Below, piece after piece: positions 39,895 to 50,210 of a DNA stretch of 64,000 bases (positions are counted from its first letter, which is position 1; the number at the start of each line of letters is the position of its first letter). The stretch comes from an uncultured Spirochaetota bacterium. GTDB taxonomy: Bacteria > Spirochaetota > Spirochaetia > SZUA-6 > Fen-1364. The translations under genes were made by a program, and so were the position numbers. The notes beneath the pieces are model-generated. The model was given only the letters and a program-made list of their open reading frames with translations, ran no database searches and had not been told where the DNA came from. The DNA lies in NCBI GenBank assembly GCA_963734545.1, contig CAVTHO010000008.1:224001-288000 (forward strand), in the 5' to 3' direction.

Positions 39895-41217
39895 TCACGC
39901 TCCCGAGATGCGGGAGCGGAAGCGATCGTCGAGCGCTGAGAGTCGGGTCTTGAAGGATGTCATCGAAGCCCAGTAGCGACGTGCGTCATCGGGGCGCGCC
40001 GCGGCGATGAGGGCGGTCAGATAGGCCTGGCGGAACAAGTCGTCCTGCGCGTCACTGCCGCCTATGGCGGTCATCCGGCTCATGACAGGATCCAGCAATG
40101 TCGCCGCTCGCGCCGGGTCTCCTGCGCCGTGGGAAATGCACGCCTCGACCACGGCCCGGCCGACGGGCTGCCACACCCGCCGCGCTTCGTCGTCGTCGGC
40201 CTCAGTCCGCCGTCGAACCGAGGAGCGAAGCGTGTCGAGAGCGGCCGAGCGGCCGGCACGCGCGAGGGCGTACCCGTGCTGCGCGCTCAGGAACGGGAAG
40301 AAGCACTCGCCGGCGCGTGCTTCCACGTGGTCGGCAACATCGGCCCAGCGGGCATTGTCGACTGCCACGCCCGCCATTTCGAGACGCCACAGGTACGAGA
40401 TGGCATCTACCTGCTCCCCGGGGGAATCGGGAGAGACGCCCCAGATGTGATGTCGGTAGACCGACTCGGCCCGGTCGACCTCGAGCGCATCGAGAAAGGC
40501 CACGGCGAGATGCCACGCGTTGTGGCAGTAGATCACCCGGCCGCTGGTCTCCCAGACCGGGAGGAAACTCTGGAGGCGCGCAATGGCCTCGGGAGGGTCG
40601 CCGCGCGTGATGAACACGTGCGAGAGCGCGTGATGCGCCCACGGATGGGCGTCGATGTCCAGTGACGCTTCGGCCAGGTCGGCGGCGTGGTCAGGCGCGC
40701 CGCTGAGCTCGGCCGCGAACGCCCATACGGAGAGAAAGTCGGCGTCGTCGCGGTTCGGCGCTGCGATGCGCTCGACCTGTGCGCGGAATCGCTTCCCCAT
40801 GTGCTGCTGGCCGAGCACGTAGTACAGGAACTCGAGTGCCTTCAGCGCCACGATGTCACGCGGCCATTGCGTCACCAGCTCCTCGAGCCTCCCGGCTGCG
40901 GCGAGGAAGTCGTGCGCGTGCCAGCGCTGAAGTGCGGCCAGCGTGGCGCGTTCGCGTTCGTTCATCGTCGGCTCGAGCGCCTCGCACTGTTCGATGTATC
41001 GATGGGCGTCGGCCGAGGCAGCGGCCGTCTGCCCGTAGAGGCCGAGCATTGCCGCGTCGAGTTGCAGCATGGCCACGCCGGCATGATGCGCGGCGTCGTC
41101 GAGGACGGCCTCCACACCGAGTTCGAGACCCGCGAGTCGATCGGTAAAGGTGTCGACGGCATCGATTGCGTCCCTGGCATCGGTGCTGACCTCGAGCCCC
41201 CGTTGCGTCCTTCCCAT
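39895..41217 (-). CDS. Tetratricopeptide repeat protein, TTC38-like
   Basis: WPRDIVALK, PWAHHALSHV, HNAWHLA and IGGSDAQDDLF are typical of the TTC38 family. Confidence 0.75.
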   Translation of the reverse strand: MGRTQRGLEVSTDARDAIDAVDTFTDRLAGLELGVEAVLDDAAHHAGVAMLQLDAAMLGLYGQTAAASADAHRYIEQCEALEPTMNERERATLAALQRWHAHDFLAAAGRLEELVTQWPRDIVALKALEFLYYVLGQQHMGKRFRAQVERIAAPNRDDADFLSVWAFAAELSGAPDHAADLAEASLDIDAHPWAHHALSHVFITRGDPPEAIARLQSFLPVWETSGRVIYCHNAWHLAVAFLDALEVDRAESVYRHHIWGVSPDSPGEQVDAISYLWRLEMAGVAVDNARWADVADHVEARAGECFFPFLSAQHGYALARAGRSAALDTLRSSVRRRTEADDDEARRVWQPVGRAVVEACISHGAGDPARAATLLDPVMSRMTAIGGSDAQDDLFRQAYLTALIAAARPDDARRYWASMTSFKTRLSALDDRFRSRISGA

Positions 41218-41277
41218 TGATCCACCCTTCCGCGCGCCTGCGCCGCACGACTGGTGCGCGCCACTAATATACTCAGG

Positions 41278-41306
41278 TTGACAGCCGGAGAGAGGGCCCC
41301 TATCCT
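41278..41306 (+). promoter_or_regulatory. Promoter of radA
   Basis: TTGACA-17 bp-TATCCT, followed by SD GGGGAG. Confidence 0.65.
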
Positions 41307-41319
41307 CGGGCGGGGAGAA

Positions 41320-42696
41320 ATGCGAATGACAAAGTCACGGCCGCTGTTCGAATGCACCGGCTGCGGTCACCAGGAGCCGAAGTGGCTCGGCCGGTGCCCC
41401 GAATGCGGAAAGTGGAACAGCTTCACGGAAGTCGCGGCGGCTGACCTGCCTGCCCGCAGCGCGGCGTCGAAGGCGCGAAAGACCGCGGTTCCCATCCCCC
41501 TCTCCTCGATCGAGAGCCGTGAGGGCATGCGCCTGGACACGGGCATCGCGGAGATGAACAGGGTCCTCGGCGGCGGGCTCATGCGCGGTTCCTCGGTGCT
41601 GGTGGGAGGCGAGCCGGGCATCGGCAAGTCCACCCTCATGCTCCAGCTCGCCTCGCGCACCGCGCCGCCGGGGCGCAGCCTCTACATTTCCGGGGAGGAG
41701 TCCCCGGGCCAGCTCCGCATGCGGGCGGACAGGCTCCGCGTATCGTCGGACCGGATCGAGGTGCTGGCGGAGACGGAGTTGACCGCGGTCATGCAGGTCC
41801 TGGAGCAGGTGAAACCGGTCATCGCCATCGTGGATTCACTCCAGACTCTCTACACGCGTGAAGTGAATGCCCTGCCGGGGACGGTCAACCAGATCAAGGT
41901 CTGCACGCAGGAGCTGGTGGAGTGGGCGCGGACCCGCGGCACGGGCCTTCTCCTGGTGGCGCACGTGACAAAGGAAGGGGCAATCGCCGGGCCGAAGCTG
42001 GTGGAGCACCTCGTGGACACCGTGCTGTCCTTCGAGGAGGCGAGCGCCGAGGTGCGCACCCTCCAGGCGGTCAAGAACAGGTTCGGCTCCGTGGACGAGA
42101 TCGGCTTTTTCCGCATGACGGAAAACGGCCTGACGGAGGTGGAGGATGCTTCAAGCCTTTTCCTGACTCGTCGGGAGGGAGAGATCCCTCCCGGCGTGTC
42201 CGTGGCGCCCGTCTTCGAGGGGTCCCGCGCGCTGCTGGTGGAGATCCAGGGCCTCACCGTGCCGGCCAAGAGCGGGATCAGCAGGATCTATTCGGACCGG
42301 ATCGACTCGGGCAGGGTGGCGCGGATGGCGGCGGTGCTGGAAAAGCACCTGGGACTCCACCTGGCCGAGCACGACATCTACGTGAATGTCGCCGGGGGAA
42401 TTCGTATCGGCGAGGTGGGAATCGAGCTGCCGCTGGCCCTTGCCCTGTACTCGGCGCGCACGGGGGCGCCGCTCCCGGCCCGGACCGCGGTGATCGGAGA
42501 GGTGAGCCTGACAGGAGAGATCCGACCCGTGCCGGGCCTGGAAAAGCGCGCCCGCGCATGTCGGGAGCTGGGGTTCGAGACGCTGATCGGGCCCGGCGGC
42601 CCGGATGCGGAAAAGCCGGAGGGTGCCTCATTCAAGGGAGCGGAGCTCGTGAAAGAGGCGGTCCGGATAGTCTTCGGCCTTCCCGGCGGAAAGTAA
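41320..42696 (+). CDS. radA: DNA repair protein RadA/Sms
   Basis: C4 zinc finger CTGCG..KWLGRCPECGKW, GEPGIGKSTL, KNRFG, Lon-like C-terminus. Confidence 0.96.
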   Translation: MRMTKSRPLFECTGCGHQEPKWLGRCPECGKWNSFTEVAAADLPARSAASKARKTAVPIPLSSIESREGMRLDTGIAEMNRVLGGGLMRGSSVLVGGEPGIGKSTLMLQLASRTAPPGRSLYISGEESPGQLRMRADRLRVSSDRIEVLAETELTAVMQVLEQVKPVIAIVDSLQTLYTREVNALPGTVNQIKVCTQELVEWARTRGTGLLLVAHVTKEGAIAGPKLVEHLVDTVLSFEEASAEVRTLQAVKNRFGSVDEIGFFRMTENGLTEVEDASSLFLTRREGEIPPGVSVAPVFEGSRALLVEIQGLTVPAKSGISRIYSDRIDSGRVARMAAVLEKHLGLHLAEHDIYVNVAGGIRIGEVGIELPLALALYSARTGAPLPARTAVIGEVSLTGEIRPVPGLEKRARACRELGFETLIGPGGPDAEKPEGASFKGAELVKEAVRIVFGLPGGK

Positions 42697-42770
42697 CAAC
42701 CCACGCTCCAATTGCAGCTTGATTCTATTGGATAATCTACTATTATTTGATTACCTGATAGGAGCAAACC

Positions 42771-43031
42771 ATGGTTGAGATGACTGTAACCGAATTCGCC
42801 AAGAAGCTGCGGGCGGTTTTTGACCGTATAGAGTACAAGGGAGAAGAAATAGTGCTCATACGGAACAAGCATAGAATCGCGCGGATTGTTCCCGGATCGC
42901 CCCATCTCACTGCTATTGAGGCGATGGGGGACTTGTATCGCACGCTTCCCGAGGAGGCAGCAGAAGATTGGCTCGAGGAAAGCCGCTCCACTACCAGGGT
43001 TTCCGAGGAGCCGCGCAACCCGTGGGAGTGA
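42771..43031 (+). CDS. Phd/YefM-family antitoxin
   Basis: MTVTEFAKKLRAVFDRIEYKGEEIVLIRN Phd-like fold; directly upstream of and overlapping a PIN toxin gene. Confidence 0.8.
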   Translation: MVEMTVTEFAKKLRAVFDRIEYKGEEIVLIRNKHRIARIVPGSPHLTAIEAMGDLYRTLPEEAAEDWLEESRSTTRVSEEPRNPWE

Positions 43032-43444
43032 TAGTTGATACCTGCATCTGGATAGACGTGGAGCGCGGGACCATTTCGCCGGCGGATGTTGCGAGATACA
43101 CGAAAGATGAGCCGATCTTCATTTCTCCGGTAAGTATTGCGGAGCTCAGCTACGGATCGGAAGTTGCCGCCAACGAGGCAATCCGGCAGAAGCGACTCGC
43201 AGCCTTGCACCGCATGAAGAAAAAGCCGTCCCTCCATATCGACGAGGAGACAGGTATGATATTCGGAAGCATATCAGCACATCTGAAAAAAACGGGCCGC
43301 GCGGCGGATTACCGCGTTCAGGACGTCTGGATGGGCAGCCAGGCGATCCAGTATGGCTATCGCCTGCTCACCAGGAACCGCAAGGACTTCGAGGACTTAC
43401 CGGGCCTCGAACTCATTATCTTCGGGGCTCCCGACGGGGGGTGA
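43022..43444 (+). CDS. vapC: VapC-like PIN-domain toxin
   Basis: IVDTCIWID, SIAEL, DVWMGSQA and LLTRNRKDF carry the PIN acidic residues. Confidence 0.85.
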   Translation: MGVIVDTCIWIDVERGTISPADVARYTKDEPIFISPVSIAELSYGSEVAANEAIRQKRLAALHRMKKKPSLHIDEETGMIFGSISAHLKKTGRAADYRVQDVWMGSQAIQYGYRLLTRNRKDFEDLPGLELIIFGAPDGG

Positions 43445-43452
43445 TCAGTCGA

Positions 43453-44964
43453 TTACACTCCCCGGGCCAGGTGGTAGTAGGCCGCGTTCCACCGGAGCTC
43501 GTTCTTGAACTGCGTGAGCGAGGTCTTCCCGTCGATCAGCAGGAACTCGATACCGGCGATTTCGGCAAAGTCCTCCAGGTGCCTTGCGGTCACCGGCGTG
43601 GCTGTAGCCCGGCGTGGTGCGCTCCGCCCGCGTGGATCCATGCGGCGGCTGCAATCTTGAGATCCGGCCGGGGAACCCACAGGGCCCGGGCAACCGGGCA
43701 GCTTCGGCAGCGGCGCATCCGGCGCAACCACGTCCACTTCGTTCACCACCATGCGGAATCTCGTCCCCATGTCGATCACGGTTGCGTTGACGGCAGGGCC
43801 GGCTGCCGCGTTGAACACCAGCCGGGCCGGGTCGTCCTTGCCGCCGATTCCCAGCGGGTGCATCTGCAGGGACGGTTTTCCATCAGCGATGGAGGGACAG
43901 ACCTCCAGCATGTGCGCGCCCAGCACCTTCATGCCGCCCTTGGGCCAGGTGATAGGTGTAGTCTTCCATGAATGTCGTTCCGCCCGTGAAGCCCGGCAGC
44001 CATGACCTTCATGGACCGCACAAGGGCAGCGGTCTTCCAGTCTCCCTCGGCGCCGAAGCCGTATCCATCCGCCATCAGGCGCTGGACGGCGAGACCCGGG
44101 AAGCTGCGCAAGACCGTGCAGGTCCTCGAAGCAGGTCGTGAACGCGTGAAATCCCCCGGCTTCCAGGAAGTGCCGCATCCCCAGCTCGATGCGCGCCGCT
44201 TCACGCAGGCTCGCGCGTTTGGTGCCGCCGGCGCGCAGGTCCTTGTCCACCGCGTACTGGGCGTCGTACTCGGTCATGAGCCGGTCCGCATCCGCGTCCG
44301 TCACGGCCTTCACGCTCGCCACAAGGTCTCCGACGCCGTAGCCGTGCACCGCGTAGCCGAACCGGAGCTGCGCCTCCACCTTGTCGCCTTCGGTCACGGC
44401 AACTTCACGCATGTTGTCGCCGAACCGGGCGATCTTCAGGCCCTGCGCGTCGTGCCAGGCGCCGGCGGCGCGGAACCAGGTGGCAAGCTCCTGCTGGACG
44501 TCCTCGTCCTGCCAGTGGCCGACCACGACCTTGCGGTCCAGGCGCATCCGTGCGCCGATGAAGCCGAACTCCCGGTCCCCGTGGGCGGACTGGTTGAGGT
44601 TCATGAAATCCATGTCGATCGATGACCAGGGGATGTCCCGGTTGTACTGGGTGTGCAGGTGGACAAATGGCTTGCGGAGCGCGGAGAGGCCGGCAATCCA
44701 CATCTTTGCCGGGGAGAACGTGTGCATCCACGTGACCAGCCCGATGCAGTTCTTTGCCGCGTTGGCTTCCCGGCACACCTCCAGGATGGCATCCGGGGTG
44801 GTGACCACGGGCTTGAAAACGACCTTGACGGGGATCGCCGGTGATGCGGAAAGGCTGCGCGCGATCTCCTGCGCGTGCTGTCCGACCTTGTCGAGGGTTT
44901 CCTTCCCGTACAGGCTCTGGCTTCCCGTGACGAACCAGGCCTCGAGCTGTTTCAGATCGATCAT
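43453..44964 (-). CDS. araA: L-arabinose isomerase (several compensating frameshifts)
   Basis: [62 protein letters not shown]. The missing segment [11 protein letters not shown] is present in the neighbouring frame. Confidence 0.93.
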   Translation of the reverse strand: MIDLKQLEAWFVTGSQSLYGKETLDKVGQHAQEIARSLSASPAIPVKVVFKPVVTTPDAILEVCREANAAKNCIGLVTWMHTFSPAKMWIAGLSALRKPFVHLHTQYNRDIPWSSIDMDFMNLNQSAHGDREFGFIGARMRLDRKVVVGHWQDEDVQQELATWFRAAGAWHDAQGLKIARFGDNMREVAVTEGDKVEAQLRFGYAVHGYGVGDLVASVKAVTDADADRLMTEYDAQYAVDKDLRAGGTKRASLREAARIELGMRHFLEAGGFHAFTTCFEDLHGLAQLPGSRRPAPDGGWIRLRRRGRLEDRCPCAVHEGHGCRASRAERHSWKTTPITWPKGGMKVLGAHMLEVCPSIADGKPSLQMHPLGIGGKDDPARLVFNAAAGPAVNATVIDMGTRFRMVVNEVDVVAPDAPLPKLPGCPGPVGSPAGSQDCSRRMDPRGRSAPRRATATPVTARHLEDFAEIAGIEFLLIDGKTSLTQFKNELRWNAAYYHLARGV

Positions 44965-45891
44965 GCGTTTTTCTCCTCTCCGTCGAACACGGCCTTCAGG
45001 GCCTCCAGGGATTGCACGAGCATGCGCTCAAGCTGCGGGATCAGAGTACTCGCGGCCGACCTTGGGCCCGCTGAGCTCAAGATACCCCGTGACGGCCTCT
45101 GCTGGGAAGCGCCCCGCGTTGCGGTCGATGAGCTGCTTCAGCCGGGACAGGTCCACGATGCCGCGCGCCCGCTCCTCCGGTGCGAAGCCGAATGTCGAAT
45201 TGAAGATCGCGTCGGTGTTCTTGAAATGGAACTCCCACATCCACGGGATCTCCAGCTCGAAGAGGCTCCAGTTGTCGTGCAGGACCCTGCCCTGCGCGTC
45301 CGCCACGCCGTGGGAGATGTCTCCGCAGAGGAGAAGCGGCACGGTGCTGTCCGGATTGGCGGCCAGGAACGGATCGAGCTCCGTTGCCAGCTCGCGCACC
45401 TCCTCGGGTGTCGAGGGGTACTCCCAGACCGATGACATGGGCTCGATCGTGAGGGTCTTCAGACCCGCCTTGCGGGCCGTGCCAAGCAGGCCTTTCATGC
45501 TGTCGAAGAAGCAGCGGATGCCGCGTTCCCGCAGGTGGGGCTGGTCGCGCAGCATGATGCCGGCGTTCGAGCCGGCAGATTCGGCCCCGAGCAGGGCTGC
45601 CACGTGGATGAGCCTTTCCCATCCTTTCCGCGCGCCCTCTTCGAGCAGTGGATCGCCGCTTGCGAACCCGCCCAGCTCCCGGTGGGACGTGAAGAGGCTG
45701 CTGATGCGCACGTCCCTCTTCTCCGCCTTCGCGCGGAGCTTCTTGAAATACTCGTCCTCTGCGCTGAAAGTCGGGTAGGAGCTCCCGATCTGCAGGCGGT
45801 GAATGCCGAGGCCCTGCATGATGTCGAAGAGCCACTCGAAGCTGTAGCGGCTCTCGATCGGATCACTTTTCACACCCAGGTGCACTTTCAT
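44961..45891 (-). CDS. Sugar phosphate isomerase/epimerase, xylose-isomerase-like TIM barrel (frameshift near 45037)
   Basis: MKVHLGVKSDPIE..., TIEPMS, DISHG, EFHFKNTD and GYLE metal-ligand pattern. The corrected frame ends in an ATGA overlap with araA. Confidence 0.75.
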
Positions 45892-46923
45892 GGAACGAAC
45901 ACCACCTTGTTGAAGGATTCCTTTCGCGCAAGGACCCGGGCAAACACGTCTGCCCCCTGCGGAGAGCGGCGGGGTGTGGCTCACGAGCCGGGCCACCTCG
46001 ATGCGGGAGCCGAGGTGCGAGAGGACGGTGGTCCAGTCGTTCCTTCCCTCCGGGACGACGCGGGAGTTCCAGGTGCCCCTGATCGTCAGCTCCCTCCTGA
46101 GGATGGAGGAGAAGTCCTTTTCACCGATTTCGAAGCTGCCCCGGATGTTGCCGAGAAAGACCACTTCGCCGAACCGGGCGCCGCACTGAACGGCCTGCAG
46201 GAACGTGAGAGGAAGGCCGATGGCCTCCACCACCCTGTCCGCTCCGGCCCCGCCCGTCTCCTCCTTGATCCGTGCCACCGGGTCGCCGAGCCGTGAATCC
46301 ACGGATGTGAAGCCCATTTCCGCTGCAAGGGCGAGCTTGCGATCGTCGATGTCCACGACAAAGACGCGGCTGCACCCGCGAAGACGCATCCACTGCGCGG
46401 CCATGTTCCCGATCGGGCCGCCGCCGAACACGGCCCCGAAATCACCGGGCGTGATCGAAAGCTTGTCCACGCCGTGCAGCGCGACCGCGCATGGCTCCGT
46501 GAGGGACGCGTCCTGCATGCTCACGCCCTCCGGCACCGGCATGAGGTTTGCCTCCGGCACCCAGACCTTTTCCGCGAATGCGCCGTCTCGCCGTGAGCCC
46601 AGGTAGTCGTAGTCGACGCATTGAGCGTAGTCTCCTGTCTGGCAGGGAACACAGCGCCGGCACGGTATGAGCGGGAAAACGATCACCTTCGCCCCCACGG
46701 GAAACCGCTCGTCGGCGGCACGCTCTTCGACAACGCCTGAAAACTCGTGGCCCATGATCAGGGGATAGTGATAGGCGGCACCCTCGAAGCCTCTATGCAG
46801 GTCCGAGTTGCAGATCCCCGAGTACGCCACCCGGATCAGTGCCCAGTCCGCACCGGGCCGGACCGGATCAGGTACGTCCAGGTATTCCAGCAGCCTGTCT
46901 TTTTTGAGGACCAAAGCTTTCAT
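45888..46923 (-). CDS. Zn-dependent polyol dehydrogenase, galactitol-1-phosphate 5-dehydrogenase-like (frameshift near 45955)
   Basis: SGICNSD, IMGHEFSG, CRRCVPC..C, GGGPIG; ATGA overlap with the next gene. Confidence 0.85.
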
Positions 46924-46962
46924 GGGCGAACCGTATCCGGATACACCCTGTTGTTCAAGAGG

Positions 46963-47002
46963 ATTTGATTGAATTTGATCAAAATTGATCGAATCTGCTT
47001 GA
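46963..47002. promoter_or_regulatory. Four tandem 10-bp repeats (candidate DeoR-family operator) between divergent promoters
   Basis: ATTTGATTGA-ATTTGATCAA-AATTGATCGA-ATCTGCTTGA, flanked by TTGAAC-17-TACGGT (minus strand, 46958-46930) and TTGATG-16-TATACT (plus strand, 46999-47026). Confidence 0.6.
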
Positions 47003-47058
47003 TGGGAATCAGAAAAAAGGTATACTTGGCCAGGACTAACAGGGTCAGGGAGGCGGGA

Positions 47059-48121
47059 ATGAGAGCAGCCGTGCTGGAGGCGCTGAACAAGATTGCAGTC
47101 AAGGACATGCCCGAGCATGCGTGCGGGGAGGATGAGGCGATCCTCGAGGTCAACGCGTGCGCGGTCTGCGGGTCCGACATCCGCATCTTCCACTACGGCA
47201 ACGACCGGGTGAAGACACCCGCCATCATCGGACACGAGATCGCGGGACGAGTCGTGGCAGCGGGCCGGCGCGTGACGCGCGTGAAACCCGGGGACCGCAT
47301 CGCGCTGGGCGCTGACGTGCCGTGCGGCACCTGCCACTGGTGCACGAACGGCATGGGCACCAACTGCAGGATCAACTATGCCATCGGCTACCAGTTCTCC
47401 GGGGGGTTCCAGGAGCGGATGGTGCTCAACGCCACCACGCTGAACTACGGGCCGGTCACCCCATCCCCGACGGGCTGTCCTTTGCCGAGGCGGCAATCGC
47501 GGAGCCGCTGGCGTGCGCCGATGAACGGGCTGGAGCTGGCCCGGTTCGGCCTGGGGAAGAGCATCTGCATCATCGGGCTGGGGCCCATCGGGTGCATGAT
47601 GCTGGAGCTTTCCAAGGTGTTCGGCGCCTCGCGGGTCTTCGCGGCCCAGCGCTCGCGCGCCCGGCTGGACATGGCCCGGCAATTCCTCCCCGAGGCGCGG
47701 TTCATCGCCACGGAGGAGGAGGACCTCGTGGAGACGGTCATGAAGGAGACCGGCGGCGAGGGAGTGGACCTCGCCATCACCACGGCAGGCACCGTGCAGG
47801 CGCACGACGACGCCATCCGCATGGTGGCCCACCGCGGCTACGTGAATCTCTTCGGCGGGCTCAAGAACCAGCCGAAGCTCAGCATCGATTCGAACCTCAT
47901 TCACTACAAGGAATGCTTCGTCATGGGAAGCCACGGTTCTCTGCCGCGCCACCACCGAACCGGCGGTGGGGCTGATCGCAGCCGGCGCCGTGCAGGCGAA
48001 GAAGTACATCTCGCAGGTTTTTCCCCTCGAGACAACGGCAGAGGCCTTCGCCTTCCACGAGTCGCGCCGCGGCCTGAAGGTGATCGTGGCACCGCAGGGA
48101 GAGAAGGCGGCATGGTCATGA
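47059..48121 (+). CDS. Zn-dependent alcohol dehydrogenase, L-iditol 2-dehydrogenase-like (frameshifts near 47460, 47520 and 47960)
   Basis: AVCGSD, IIGHEIAG, CGTCHWC..C, GLGPIG, VNLFGG, IHYKE; SD GGGAGG. Confidence 0.85.
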
Positions 48122-48791
48122 AGAGAATTGGAATCGCCCCGTCGCTGATGTGCGCGGACTTCATCCATCTCGGGGAGGAGCTGGACCTCATGCGGGAGGA
48201 AGGCGCGGACTGCCTGCACGTGGACATCATGGACGGTCACTACGTGCCCAACTTACACGCTGGGTCCGGATTTCTGCCGGAAGCTGGCCGAATATTCTCC
48301 CCTTCCCCTCGACATCCACCTCATGATCGAAAACGTCGACGCGCACGCCCCGCTTTTCGCAAAGCTCCCGGGCGCGCGGGTGTCATTCCACCCCGAGACC
48401 GCGTGGCACCCGCTGCGCACAATCGAGCTGATCAGGAGCTGCGGCGCGCAGCCGGGCATCGCGGTGGACCCCGCGCTGCCCCTTGCCGCCGTGCAGGACA
48501 TGCTCCCCTACGTCAGCCTGGTCTGCATCATGACGGTGAACCCCGGCTACGCGGGGCAGGCTCTGATCCCCGGGGCACTGGACAAGATCCGCGCGCTGGC
48601 CGACCTGGTGCACGCTCGCGGTCTGGACATCCAGATCGAGGTGGACGGCAACGTGAGCTGGGAGAACATCCCCCGCATGGTCGAAGGCCGGCGCCGATCT
48701 GCTCGTGGCCGGAACCTCCTCGCTCTTCGACGGAAAGGGGGACCTCCGGGCCAATCTCCGCCGCATGCGCGCGGCGGTCGGCAGGGACTAG
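48118..48791 (+). CDS. Ribulose-phosphate 3-epimerase family, AlsE-like (frameshifts near 48255 and 48690)
   Basis: IAPSLMCAD, HVDIMDGHYVPN, LDIHLM, MTVNPG, IEVDGN, GTSSLF. Confidence 0.85.
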
Positions 48792-48871
48792 GGGAATGTA
48801 GGGTGATGGCAAGCAAAAGACAGACGGGCCCACGCGTGGAGACCGCCCTTCGGGCGGTGCCGGTCTAGCGG

Positions 48872-49648
48872 ATGCTGTCCGCCGAGCGACACGCGCTTCT
48901 TCTCCGCGTGCTCCGACAGAACAGGTTCGCCTCCGTGGGCGAGCTGGCGGGAATCGCGCGGTCCTCCGCGGCCACGATCCGGCGCGACCTCGGCAGCATG
49001 GAAGAGTCGGGCCTGGTTCGCAGGGTGCGGGGCGGCGCGGAGCTTGCCGCGGGGCAGGAGGGCGCCGAGCAGCCGGGGGAGCTGCCCTTCGAATACCGCA
49101 AGGGCATCCAGCTCGAAAAGAAGCGCCTGATCGCCCGGGCGGCCGCGGCGCTCTGCACGGACGGAGAGACCGTCATGATCGACGGCGGCTCCACGACGTA
49201 CCAGATGACGGAGTTTCTCCGGGACATCCGCCTGCAGGTCATCACCAACTCGTTCGCAATCGCCCACGAGCTGGCGCGCGGCTCCCGCTGCACCGTCATC
49301 CTGAGCGGCGGCGTGGTGCATCCGGATTCCCAGCTCGTTCTGGATCCGTTCGGGGAAGACATGTTCGAAAACTACACGGCGTCCCGGCTCTTCATGGGCG
49401 TGTACGGCATCGACGAGACGGGCGCCACCAACACGGAAGCGCTCCTCATCAAGACAGAGAGGGCCATGATCGAGAGGGCCCGCACGCTCGTGGTCCTGGC
49501 GGATTCGAGCAAGTTCGACCGCCGCGGGAGCCTTCTGCTCTGCGGGTTCGAGAAGATCCACGAGCTCATCACGGATCCCGGCATCGACGCGCGGCACCGG
49601 GAGATGCTTCTCTCCCGGGGCGTGCACGTGATAGTGGCCGGGGGCTGA
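48872..49648 (+). CDS. DeoR/GlpR-family transcriptional regulator
   Basis: SAATIRRDL HTH, RVRGGA, IDGGSTT, LADSSKF. Confidence 0.92.
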   Translation: MLSAERHALLLRVLRQNRFASVGELAGIARSSAATIRRDLGSMEESGLVRRVRGGAELAAGQEGAEQPGELPFEYRKGIQLEKKRLIARAAAALCTDGETVMIDGGSTTYQMTEFLRDIRLQVITNSFAIAHELARGSRCTVILSGGVVHPDSQLVLDPFGEDMFENYTASRLFMGVYGIDETGATNTEALLIKTERAMIERARTLVVLADSSKFDRRGSLLLCGFEKIHELITDPGIDARHREMLLSRGVHVIVAGG

Positions 49649-49672
49649 ATGCGGTGGCCGGGGGCTGAATGC
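49634..49672. repeat. 20-bp tandem duplication spanning the deoR stop codon
   Basis: GTGGCCGGGGGCTGAATGC occurs twice, with degenerate GTGGCCGG copies near 49706 and 49721. Confidence 0.6.
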
Positions 49673-49737
49673 CACCTAACCGCACGGGGTACCGTGCGAG
49701 GTACGGTGGCCGGCCTGATCGTGGCCGGGGGCGAGCC

Positions 49738-50145
49738 CTAGCGGAGGCCGTGCTCGTTGAAGAAAGACGAGTACTTCTTGTCCGTGCCCATGATGTGGTT
49801 CTGGAGCCAGTTCTTGAGGAAGCCCATGATTTCCAGGGTGAGGCCGAATCCCTTCTGGTCCGCCCGCGCCTTCAGGTCCAGGGCCGTTCGGGTGAACTCA
49901 TCATGCTCGCTCTTGTGCGCGTCGAAGTCGGGGTAGTGGAACTTCTTCATGTACCCCTCTTCCAGCTTGAAATGCGTGGCGGCATAGTCGACCATCGCGT
50001 CAATCGTCGCCTTCTGCATCTCGCGGCCTCTCTTCGCGAGCATCGCCTCGTTCAGCGAGTTGAGCATCTCGATGAGTTTCTTGTGCTGGGTGTCGATCAC
50101 CTCCACGTTGACGCTCAACTCGTCAGTCCATTCGAAGAATGCCAT
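49738..50145 (-). CDS. Single-domain bacteriohemerythrin
   Basis: W...LSV..ID.QH..L, HF..EE..M, H..EH and WL..HI...D di-iron ligands; SD AGGAGA. Confidence 0.93.
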   Translation of the reverse strand: MAFFEWTDELSVNVEVIDTQHKKLIEMLNSLNEAMLAKRGREMQKATIDAMVDYAATHFKLEEGYMKKFHYPDFDAHKSEHDEFTRTALDLKARADQKGFGLTLEIMGFLKNWLQNHIMGTDKKYSSFFNEHGLR

Positions 50146-50210
50146 GTTGTCTCTCCTGTGCCGTTGTACGCGCTACCACAAGCATACCACCGGGAGGTGT
50201 ATCGGTCGAG

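Noticed and set aside
45028-48801. 1070-aa and 610-aa multi-domain ORFs
   Set aside because: Frameshift read-through of adjacent genes plus antisense sequence; each component gene has its own start and ATGA overlap.
49634-49737. Possible mini-CRISPR or mobile-element end
   Set aside because: The copies are adjacent or degenerate with no unique spacers, and there is no cas or transposase gene; a local duplication explains it.
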